NCBI GenBank assembly: GCA_963815215.1
Contig: CAWFFU010000003.1
Span: 608,001 to 672,000, forward strand
From: an uncultured Trueperaceae bacterium
Lineage (GTDB): Bacteria; Deinococcota; Deinococci; Deinococcales; Trueperaceae
DNA length: 64,000 nucleotides
Reading direction: 5' to 3'
Made by a program: the position numbers and the translations under genes. Shown piece by piece: positions 1-11,318 of the stretch. Within the stretch, counting starts at the first letter, position 1; each line of letters opens with the position of its first letter. Below the pieces are notes generated by a model that saw nothing but the letters and a program-made list of their open reading frames with translations, ran no database searches and had not been told where the DNA came from.

Positions 1-2
1 TG

Positions 3-1663
<1,661 letters not shown>

Positions 1664-1695
1664 GCCCGCCGGCCACTGCGGCCCCAGGACCGAGC

Positions 1696-2679
1696 GTGAG
1701 TCCGTCCGAGGCGCGAAGCTACCGCGGTCGCTACGCGCCCTCTCCCAGCGGCTGGCTCCACCTGGGCAACGCCCGCACGGCGCTGGTGGCGTGGCTGCGC
1801 GCGCGCTCGCTCGGAGGCGAATTGGTGCTGCGGGTCGACGATCTCGACCGCCCGCGCACGCTCCCGGAGGCAGTGGACGGCAACCTTCACGAGCTCGCCT
1901 GGTTGGGGCTCGACTGGGACGAGGGGCCCGATATCGGCGGGCCCCTCGTCCCTTATCGCCAGAGCGGGCGGGGAGCTCACTACGCGGCTGCCCTGGAGGC
2001 CCTCGAGCGTGAGGGCCGCATCTTCCCGTGCTACCTCTCGCGCCGCGAGCTCCAGCAGATCGCGAGCGCGCCGCACGGCCGCACGCCCGTCTACGGACCG
2101 GCCGAGCGCCGTGCCAGCGCCCGCGCTGCCGAACACAAACGCGCCCAGGGCGCGACACCGAGCCTTCGGCTGCGGGTAGAGCCCGGATGGGTCGCGTTCG
2201 AGGATGCCATCGCCGGGCCGCAACGGGCGCGCGCCGGCCGTGACGTGGGGGACATCGTGGTGCGGCGCGCCGACGGCCTGTGGGCGTACCAGTTCGCAAC
2301 GGTGGTCGACGACGCCGCCATGGCCGTGACGGAGGTGGTCCGCGGCGACGACCTGCTGCCCGCCACCGCAGCGCAGCTCCTGCTCTACCGGGCGCTCGGC
2401 CTGGCGGCCCCCAGCTTCGCCCACGTCCCGTTGCTGCTCGACGAGCACGGTGAGCGCCTCGCCAAGCGCCGCGGATCGCTGACGCTGCGCGCCCTGCGCG
2501 AGGTGGGCGTCCGGCCGGAGCGCGTAGTGGGCCTGCTGGCGCACGGCCTCGGCCTGACGGGCGCGCTCGAGGAGATCGCGGCCGACGAGCTGGTGGCGCC
2601 GTTCGCGCTGGAGCGGCTGCTGCACACGCCGACCAGGTTGGGCCCCGACGAGCGGGCCTGGCTGCTGCGGGACGTCTAG
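1696..2679 (+). CDS. gluQ: Glutamyl-Q tRNA(Asp) synthetase
   Basis: [14 protein letters not shown] (HIGH), RLAKR (KMSKS-like), VRGDDL; no anticodon-binding domain; GTG at 1696 with AGGA upstream. Confidence 0.9.
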   Translation: MSPSEARSYRGRYAPSPSGWLHLGNARTALVAWLRARSLGGELVLRVDDLDRPRTLPEAVDGNLHELAWLGLDWDEGPDIGGPLVPYRQSGRGAHYAAALEALEREGRIFPCYLSRRELQQIASAPHGRTPVYGPAERRASARAAEHKRAQGATPSLRLRVEPGWVAFEDAIAGPQRARAGRDVGDIVVRRADGLWAYQFATVVDDAAMAVTEVVRGDDLLPATAAQLLLYRALGLAAPSFAHVPLLLDEHGERLAKRRGSLTLRALREVGVRPERVVGLLAHGLGLTGALEEIAADELVAPFALERLLHTPTRLGPDERAWLLRDV

Positions 2680-2695
2680 CCTGCGGCGCGAACCC

Positions 2696-2724
2696 TTGCC
2701 AGCGTCGGGGCACGGACATAGACT
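2696..2724 (+). promoter_or_regulatory. sigma70-type promoter of trp leader/trpBA
   Basis: TTGCCA (2696-2701), 17 nt, TAGACT (2719-2724); ATG 6 nt downstream. Confidence 0.75.
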
Positions 2725-2730
2725 GGCGCC

Positions 2731-2832
2731 ATGCGGACGCGCGTGCGGGTGCGCACCCCCCGTAGTTTCAAGTGGCACCACCAGCACTGGCGCCGCTGTG
2801 GTCGTGCCGCGACGCGATCCGCCACCCCCTAG
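2731..2832 (+). CDS. Putative trp leader peptide, 33 aa ([33 protein letters not shown])
   Basis: ATG at predicted +1; TGG codons at 2773 and 2788; stops 28 nt before trpB start. Confidence 0.6.
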   Translation: MRTRVRVRTPRSFKWHHQHWRRCGRAATRSATP

Positions 2833-2860
2833 TTCCCTTCGAAACATCCGAGGAGGCACG

Positions 2861-4887
<2,027 letters not shown>

Positions 4888-4911
4888 GGGCGCCCCCCGG
4901 CAGGCCCTACG

Positions 4912-5667
4912 TCAGCGCTCGGTCAGGTGGGCCTGGTCGCCGATCTTGAGGTAGAGGTCGTGACCGACCAGGACGTCGGCCCCGCTACCCGCCGGGACAT
5001 CGTTGCCGATGACGCGAACCACGACGGCGTCGGCACCGCTGCGCCGCGACAGGACCAGCAGCTGGCCGACACGGTGGTAGCGCGATTGGACCTCGTACCC
5101 CCGCAGGCTATCGTCGACGCCGACGCGAACGACGCCGGTGGGCAACGCCAGCGGCTCCAACTTGACCCGGGCCACGCCCATGTTCTTCATGTGGATGGCC
5201 TCGGCGGCGGCGCGCGACAGGTCGATGATGCGGTTGGGCTTGAACGGTCCGCGGTCGTTGATGCGCACCACGACGCTCTCGTTGTTGACGAGGTTGGTGA
5301 CCTTCACCAGGGTGCCGAAAGGCAGCGTACGGTGGGCGGCGGTCAGCTGGCTGGGATCGAAGATCTCGCCGTCGGACGTGAGCCGTCCCGCGAAGTTCGG
5401 CCCGTACCACGACGCGATTCCGATCTGAACGTTGGCGGCGGCGTCGGGCACCTGGGGTACCACGGCCGGCGTCGCGGGAGGGGCGGTGTCCGCCTGGGCC
5501 GACACCACCGGCGCGGCGCTGAGCGCCGGGGCACAGGCCCCCAACACCAGACCCAGCGCAGCTAGCGGCAACCCCCCGCGAAGGGTACGCGGGGCGCGAC
5601 CCAGGGCAACGCGGCTACGGGTCAGCAACGTCGCAGCGATCATCCAGATGAGAACGCGTGGTAGCAC
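4912..5667 (-). CDS. rlpA: Septal ring lytic transglycosylase RlpA-family lipoprotein
   Basis: ASWYG, TAAHRTLPFGT, VRINDRGPF, IIDLSRAAA; LGAC lipobox; TAGCAT 5 nt before GTG start. Confidence 0.9.
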   Translation of the reverse strand: MLPRVLIWMIAATLLTRSRVALGRAPRTLRGGLPLAALGLVLGACAPALSAAPVVSAQADTAPPATPAVVPQVPDAAANVQIGIASWYGPNFAGRLTSDGEIFDPSQLTAAHRTLPFGTLVKVTNLVNNESVVVRINDRGPFKPNRIIDLSRAAAEAIHMKNMGVARVKLEPLALPTGVVRVGVDDSLRGYEVQSRYHRVGQLLVLSRRSGADAVVVRVIGNDVPAGSGADVLVGHDLYLKIGDQAHLTER

Positions 5668-5730
5668 GATCTATGCTACGCACGCGTCACGAGCGGTCGA
5701 TGTGAAAGGATTCCGGTCGCGCCGGGCCCC

Positions 5731-5907
5731 TCACGCCCAGGTACGCCGGGCGAGTTCCTTCTGGCACAGGACGAACGACTCGAAATCCTCGATCTCCGCG
5801 CTGCCGTCGGCGATGGCGCTCTCGCACTTCGCGATGATATCGCTGAGTTCCTCGTTGCTCAGAGCCCGCAGACTCTGTCCGTTGGGTCCCGCTGCTGCCT
5901 GTACCAT
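5731..5907 (-). CDS. Small acidic helical hypothetical protein (58 aa)
   Basis: GAGGGG RBS before ATG 5907; coding-like codon usage; ends EDFESFVLCQKELARRTWA. Confidence 0.75.
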   Translation of the reverse strand: MVQAAAGPNGQSLRALSNEELSDIIAKCESAIADGSAEIEDFESFVLCQKELARRTWA

Positions 5908-6067
5908 GTCGACCCCTCGCTTTCGTCGCATCCGGTGGTCTCCCCGAGATGGCTTGACTCTACCAGCGAGGGTCTTACAGGATTCTCACACTTCCGTACC
6001 CCCACGGGACGCACGGTAGTCGCCTCGGCAGCGGGCGCACGCCTCGACCCGCCGGTATGGTGGCGGC

Positions 6068-6832
6068 ATGATCGACAGCCACTGCCATCTCGACGCCTGT
6101 GACGATCCGGACGGCGCCGCCGACGCCTCCCTGCGGGCTCTCGTAACCGTCGGTACCACCGTCGACGGTGACCGTGAAGCCCTTCGGCTGGCAGACACGC
6201 ATCCCAACGTATGGGCGGCCGTCGGCATCCACCCGAACAACGCCTCCGACGCCGACGACCCCGCCGTCCGGGAAGCGGTGGCCGCCCTGGCCGGGCACCC
6301 GCGTGTCGTCGCCATCGGGGAGACCGGCTTCGACACCCACTGGGACGACGAGACGCTGGAGAGCCAACGTCGCGCCTTCGACTGGCAAGCCGCGCTCGCC
6401 CGGCGCCTGAACAAGCCGTTGATCCTCCACGTGCGCGACGGCCAGGGGCGAGAGGACGCCTCGCTGGCGGCCGTCGCCGCCATCGGCGAGGCCGGGCACC
6501 GGCGCGGCATCCTGCACTGCTTCAACGGTCACGCCGGCCTCCTGGACGCGGGTCTGGCGCTGGGATGGATGGTGTCGTTCGCCGGGAACGTCACCTTCAA
6601 GAATGCCGCGGCGCTGCGCGATGCGGCCCGCGCCGTTCCCGAAGACCGGCTGCTCGTCGAGACCGACAGCCCCTACCTGGCGCCGGTCCCGATGCGGGGC
6701 AGGCGCAACACGCCCGCGTACGTGCGCCATACCGCGGAGGTCGTGGCGGAGGTGCGCGGCGTGCCGCTGGACGCGCTCGAGCCCGTGCTCGACCGCAACG
6801 CCGCCCGCGTGTACGGCCTCCCGCTGGACTGA
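6068..6832 (+). CDS. tatD: TatD family hydrolase/DNase
   Basis: DSHCHL, GIHP, IGETG, LHCF, ETDSPYLAP. Confidence 0.95.
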   Translation: MIDSHCHLDACDDPDGAADASLRALVTVGTTVDGDREALRLADTHPNVWAAVGIHPNNASDADDPAVREAVAALAGHPRVVAIGETGFDTHWDDETLESQRRAFDWQAALARRLNKPLILHVRDGQGREDASLAAVAAIGEAGHRRGILHCFNGHAGLLDAGLALGWMVSFAGNVTFKNAAALRDAARAVPEDRLLVETDSPYLAPVPMRGRRNTPAYVRHTAEVVAEVRGVPLDALEPVLDRNAARVYGLPLD

Positions 6833-6930
6833 TCCGCGGCGCACGCGCCTGCCGCCCGCCATCACGGGACGGGCGACAGGCGCGGAGCGTGCGTGGGCCG
6901 AGGACGCACCGTACGCGCCGGTGCGCCCAC

Positions 6931-8163
6931 TCAGGCGGCGGGTGCCGTGTCGAGGCCGCGCAGCCCCTGCGTTGTCGCGACCACGAGTGTGACCAGGAGC
7001 ATCAGGGCGGCGGCGCTGGAGAAGAGCAGGACGAACCCGTGGCCCACCAGCACACCGGCTCCTGCCAGCGAGAGGGGCGCCAGGCCGACCGAGGCGAACA
7101 TCACCAGGCTCATGACGCGCCCACGGAAGGCGGCGTCCGTGCGGCCCTGCAGCCAGGCGATGGCCCGCACGTTGAGCGCGCCGGCGCCCAGCCCCATCAC
7201 CGCGAGCGCGGCCAGCACGAGCGGTAAGCGACCGGCCACGCCCACGGCGCCGAGGGCAGCCGCGAAGAGAAGCGGCGCCCCCACCATCAGTCGACCGAGG
7301 GGAACGCGCCGGAGCGCGCTGCCGGCCAACAGGGCGCCGAGCAGCGTGCTGCCGCCGAACACCGACATCATCACGCCGAAGGCGGCCGCGCCCCCGAAGC
7401 GCTGGTGGGCCAGCAGCGGCAGGCCCACCCCGGCCGGCCCGGCGATGGCCAGGTTCAGGAAGGCGACCGAGATGAGCATGACTCGCATGGATGGGGTCCG
7501 AAAGGCGTAGCGCATCCCGCTCCCGATCTGTTGCAGCACGTTCGTTCCGTCGCCCGCCCGGATCGACGCCGGGACCCGCATCGCCAGCAGCGTGGTGAGC
7601 GTGAACAGGAAGGTGAGTGCGTCGATCCCGAAGGCGGGCGTGAGGCCCGCCGCCGCGATCACCACGCCGGCGAAGGCCGGGCCGAGCAGCATCGCGAGCT
7701 GCTCGCTGCCCTGTACCAGGGCGTTGGCGCTCTCCAGTCGCTCCCGCGGCACGATGGAAGGCACGATCGTCATCAAGGACGGGTGGTAGAAGGCGTCGAC
7801 GGTCCCGAACAGCACGGCCAGCAGGTAGACGTGGGCGAGTTGCAGGGCGCCGGCGGCCGCCAGCGCCGTGAGCAGCCCGACCGCCACGGCGCGAAGCAGG
7901 TTGGACGCCAGCATCACGCGCCGGGGTGAGAGCCGGTCGCTCACGGCGCCGCCGAGGAGCATGAACAACGCGCGGGGCACCGCCGCCGTCATCAACACCG
8001 TGCCCAGTGCGAGGCCGTCGCCCCCGAGCCGGAGGGTGAGCCACGGCAGGCCGACGAGGTAGAACTGGTCACCCAGCAGGGAGACACTCTCGCCAAGCCA
8101 CAGCAGACGGAAATCGCGGACCGCGAGCGGCTGGGCCGAAGGGGAGGATGGGTTCGCATTCAT
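6931..8163 (-). CDS. MFS transporter (DHA3/macrolide-efflux-like)
   Basis: RDFRLLWLGESVSLLGD, GGAVSDRLSPRR, GRVMS; about 12 hydrophobic segments. Confidence 0.9.
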   Translation of the reverse strand: MNANPSSPSAQPLAVRDFRLLWLGESVSLLGDQFYLVGLPWLTLRLGGDGLALGTVLMTAAVPRALFMLLGGAVSDRLSPRRVMLASNLLRAVAVGLLTALAAAGALQLAHVYLLAVLFGTVDAFYHPSLMTIVPSIVPRERLESANALVQGSEQLAMLLGPAFAGVVIAAAGLTPAFGIDALTFLFTLTTLLAMRVPASIRAGDGTNVLQQIGSGMRYAFRTPSMRVMLISVAFLNLAIAGPAGVGLPLLAHQRFGGAAAFGVMMSVFGGSTLLGALLAGSALRRVPLGRLMVGAPLLFAAALGAVGVAGRLPLVLAALAVMGLGAGALNVRAIAWLQGRTDAAFRGRVMSLVMFASVGLAPLSLAGAGVLVGHGFVLLFSSAAALMLLVTLVVATTQGLRGLDTAPAA

Positions 8164-8193
8164 GACGTCAAGGTAGGAGCTACCCTAGTCGAG

Positions 8194-8862
8194 ATGGAAC
8201 CGTCCGACTCGACTAGCCCGGCGGCCGTGGTCGACGACGAGCCCGCGGCCGCGTTCCTCCTCGACGCCGATCGCCTGCGCTTCCTGCACCCGTTCATGCA
8301 GGGCGAGCGCAGCACCAGTGCGGCAGCCTCCGAGGTCGGTGTGAGCGTCAAGGACATGGCCTACCGCGTGAAGCGCATGCGGCAGCTGCGCCTCCTGGAG
8401 CTGACTCGCGAGCAGAAGCGCGCGGGGCGCCCGGTACGCTACTACCGCGCCCCCGACGCCTTCTTCATCCCGTTCGCGACGCTCCCCCAGGCCGATCTCG
8501 AGGAATCGGTGGCGAGCCTACTGCACGGCCCCCAACAGCGCCTGATCGCCGGGCTGGTGCATGCGCTCGCCGACCGCGAGCTCCAGCTCCACCGCTGGGG
8601 GTGGCGGCTCGAGCTCGATGCCGAGCAGCGCGTGTCGATCGGCCCGTCGGATCAGACCGCCGACGAGGAACCGCTGACCCAGCGGCTGCTGCACGACGAC
8701 GCCCCGGCCGTCTTGATGGCCAACCTCCCTCTGTGGCTGGATCATGGCGACGCCAAACAATTGCAGCGAGACCTGGTCGAGCTGGTCCGCCGCTACGACG
8801 GGCGCAACGGCACCACCAGCTACATGCTCACCCTGGGGCTGACGCCCTCGAAGGACCCGTGA
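8194..8862 (+). CDS. Winged-HTH (ArsR-like) transcriptional regulator
   Basis: HTH STSAAASEVGVSVKDMAYRVKRM and wing RAGRPVRYYRA; divergent from the MFS gene. Confidence 0.75.
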   Translation: MEPSDSTSPAAVVDDEPAAAFLLDADRLRFLHPFMQGERSTSAAASEVGVSVKDMAYRVKRMRQLRLLELTREQKRAGRPVRYYRAPDAFFIPFATLPQADLEESVASLLHGPQQRLIAGLVHALADRELQLHRWGWRLELDAEQRVSIGPSDQTADEEPLTQRLLHDDAPAVLMANLPLWLDHGDAKQLQRDLVELVRRYDGRNGTTSYMLTLGLTPSKDP

Positions 8863-8868
8863 GCGTGC

Positions 8869-8892
8869 GGCCGGGCCGTTACCGGCCCGGCC
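8869..8892. terminator. GC hairpin between convergent genes
   Basis: GGCCGGGCCG-TTAC-CGGCCCGGCC, perfect 10-bp stem. Confidence 0.5.
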
Positions 8893-9325
8893 CCACCAAC
8901 CAGCTCTCGGGCTCGTCCCGGTCGTAACGCAGGGCCTCGGCCAGGCGCGCTCGCGACGGCACCCGGTGGGCATCGTGCGGGATGAACGCGGTCACCACGT
9001 CGACCCAGCGCTGGGTGCTGTACTCCACCACGACGTGCAGTGGGATCTTCACGGCGGCGCTGACGGGCAGGTAGCCCAGTACCAGCAGGCGCTCGTCCTG
9101 CCAGTAGCGCATCAGCTCACGGCCGTAGAGCACCGTTTCCACGATGTCGGTCTCGGTGAAGCCCTCGCACGTCGCGTGCTTGGCGGCATGGGTCCCGATG
9201 CGGTACAGACCCTGCTTCACCAGCGGACGCAGATCCGATAAGGTGCGTTGCCTGGGAGGATGCCGTGCAGAACGCGGCCTGGGGACGCGCTGCGTTCGAC
9301 CGGGACCGTATCCACGCTCGTCCAT
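8879..9325 (-). CDS. DUF4258-like protein (possible RNase-toxin fold)
   Basis: HAAKH...DIVETVLYG...LLVLG...PLHVVVEY...VVTAFIP; GGAGGTG RBS before ATG 9325. Confidence 0.65.
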   Translation of the reverse strand: MDERGYGPGRTQRVPRPRSARHPPRQRTLSDLRPLVKQGLYRIGTHAAKHATCEGFTETDIVETVLYGRELMRYWQDERLLVLGYLPVSAAVKIPLHVVVEYSTQRWVDVVTAFIPHDAHRVPSRARLAEALRYDRDEPESWLVGPGR

Positions 9326-9544
9326 GACGCCACCTCCAGAAGGGTCTGGCGGTACCAGACGGGCCGCAAAGCGAAGGCGCCGCGGGACCAGGGTCACCGC
9401 GCCGCCACATCAGCCTTGCATGGGCCATGCTAGCACGCAGATCCGTTCGCCTGGATGCGCGCCAACGCACATTCGCAGTGCCGCCGGAGCGCCGGCGCCG
9501 CCGGCCCACTCCGACGCACGCCCACCTCGCCGTACACTGGAGGC

Positions 9545-9775
9545 ATGTCTTCCGGGCCCCACCAGACCCGCTTCTACGAGCTCGCAGGCGACGCCGCCCA
9601 GGCACGCCTCGGCGATCTGGCCGTTCGCCTGCAGCGCGGCGGCGCCCGCACCCGACTGCTCGCAAGTCGCGACCAGGAGGGACTCTACCTGCTGGTCGCC
9701 GATGCCGACCGCCTGCCCGAGCCGGCCGCTCCCCAGGGCTGCCGGGTGTGGACCTTCGCGAGCGTGGACGAATGA
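9545..9775 (+). CDS. Small hypothetical protein (76 aa), possibly ABM/ferredoxin-like fold
   Basis: TACACT 6 nt before ATG; ATGA overlap with the next gene. Confidence 0.65.
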   Translation: MSSGPHQTRFYELAGDAAQARLGDLAVRLQRGGARTRLLASRDQEGLYLLVADADRLPEPAAPQGCRVWTFASVDE

Positions 9776-10659
9776 CGGACGGAACCACCTACCTCGATCG
9801 GCCCCTCAACATCGAACGTGCCGACGCCGACCTCTACGTCGAGCAGGTCGGCCGGTCCGACGCCCCTCCCGTGTACTACCTCCACGGCGGGCCGGGCTAC
9901 AACAGCTTCTCGTTCCGCGACCTGGCGGGCGACGATCTCGAGGACTTCCAACTGCTCTACGCCGATCAGCGGGGTGCGGGACGCAGTTACAGCGCCTCCC
10001 CGTTCGATCTCGACCTGCTCGCCGACGACGTCCGGGCTGTGCTCGACGCGCTCGAGATCGGCAAGGCCAGCCTTCTGGCGCATGGCTTCGGTGCGCTCGT
10101 GGCGGTGCGGGCCGCTCACCGCACGCCCCATCGGTTCGAGCGCCTGGTGATGGTGAACCCCTGGCTGTCGATGCCCATGCTGGCGCGTGACCTGCAACGA
10201 CAGGCCGCCCACGAGGCGGGGCATCCCGACGAGGCGCTGCCTCCCGAGAGCGCGCTCGCCGAGCCGGAGACGCTCGATCCCGAGATGCTCGTCGACCAGG
10301 CGTTCGGGTGGGTGAACCCCAAGATCCTGTTCGACGGCATGCAGTTCCCGTCGCCATCGAGCCGGCTGCGGCTCGAGCACAGCGACGCCACGGCGCTGTT
10401 CGGCCCACACGAGGCCCCGGAGCCCGAAGGGGTGTGGCATCTAGACGTCCTCGACGAGCTCGCCACCCTGCGCCTCCCGATCGTGGTGCTGCTGGGCACC
10501 CGCGACGGTACCGCCTACCCGGGTCAGGCCGAGGCCGTCCTGGAACGCCTCCCGTCGGCCCTGACGAGCCTGATCGAGGCAGGACACTACCCCTGGGCCG
10601 ACGACCCGGAGACCTTCGCGCCGCTGCTCAGGCAGGCCCTGCAGGTAAGAGCGTCGTAA
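9772..10659 (+). CDS. Alpha/beta-hydrolase-fold protein (proline iminopeptidase-like) lacking the nucleophile Ser
   Basis: LHGGPG, DQRGAGRS, elbow AHGFGA, C-terminal AGHYPW. Confidence 0.85.
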   Translation: MTDGTTYLDRPLNIERADADLYVEQVGRSDAPPVYYLHGGPGYNSFSFRDLAGDDLEDFQLLYADQRGAGRSYSASPFDLDLLADDVRAVLDALEIGKASLLAHGFGALVAVRAAHRTPHRFERLVMVNPWLSMPMLARDLQRQAAHEAGHPDEALPPESALAEPETLDPEMLVDQAFGWVNPKILFDGMQFPSPSSRLRLEHSDATALFGPHEAPEPEGVWHLDVLDELATLRLPIVVLLGTRDGTAYPGQAEAVLERLPSALTSLIEAGHYPWADDPETFAPLLRQALQVRAS

Positions 10660-10817
10660 GGGCATACCGCGTAGACTCCGACTCGATGCGGTCTATACCC
10701 CAGCGTGCCGACCGCCCAACCCGCCGACCCCCGGCCGCCGGGCGAAAGCCCGGAAGTTGCGGCCCCGTCGTGAATCCTTCCGCTTGCGGGCGGCCGTCGG
10801 CATGCTACACTTCGCCA

Positions 10818-11318
10818 ATGCTGCGGCCAGATGTCATGGTGACCAGCGTCGACCAGGTCGACGCGGAGTTGCTCCGGGGCCTCGGCGTGCGCGGGGTTAT
10901 GGTCGATCTCGACGACACCTTGCTGGCGGCCACCGAGGACGCGCCCGACCCGAGCGTCGAGGTGTGGCTCGCCGGCCTGAAGCGTTCCGGCATCCGGATC
11001 CTGATCCTCTCCAACGGCGAGCGCCGGCGTGTGGCTACAGTGGCGGCACGACTCGGGGTCGAGGCCATCGCGCTGTCCGGCAAGCCGTTCACCCGCGCCT
11101 TCGCGCGCGCCCTCGTGCGCCTCGGAACGCCGGCAGCGGCCACCGCGATGGTGGGGGACCAGCTCTTCACCGACGTACTGGGCGCCAACCTCGCCGGTCT
11201 GGTGTCGATCCTGGTGCAGCCGCTGTCGCCGGGTAAGCTTCCTCATACTCGAATGGTGCGCCATCTTGAGAGAATGATCCTACGAGGGGGTGAGCGTGGC
11301 CGTCCTGTCCATCGGTGA
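10818..11318 (+). CDS. yqeG: YqeG-family HAD-IIIA phosphatase
   Basis: DLDDTL, LSN, KP, MVGDQLFTDVLGAN; TACACT 6 nt before ATG. Confidence 0.9.
   Translation: MLRPDVMVTSVDQVDAELLRGLGVRGVMVDLDDTLLAATEDAPDPSVEVWLAGLKRSGIRILILSNGERRRVATVAARLGVEAIALSGKPFTRAFARALVRLGTPAAATAMVGDQLFTDVLGANLAGLVSILVQPLSPGKLPHTRMVRHLERMILRGGERGRPVHR

Noticed and set aside
5975..8044. 689-aa minus-strand ORF and similar Arg/Pro-rich ORFs (13675-15699, 17012-18994, 31855-33483, 42481-44106)
   Set aside because: Off-frame or antisense overlaps of well-supported genes.
10733..10764. c-di-GMP-I riboswitch upstream of pilB
   Set aside because: A GAAA hairpin is present but the GGCAAAC/GACGCAAAGC core is missing; kept only as an unassigned structure.
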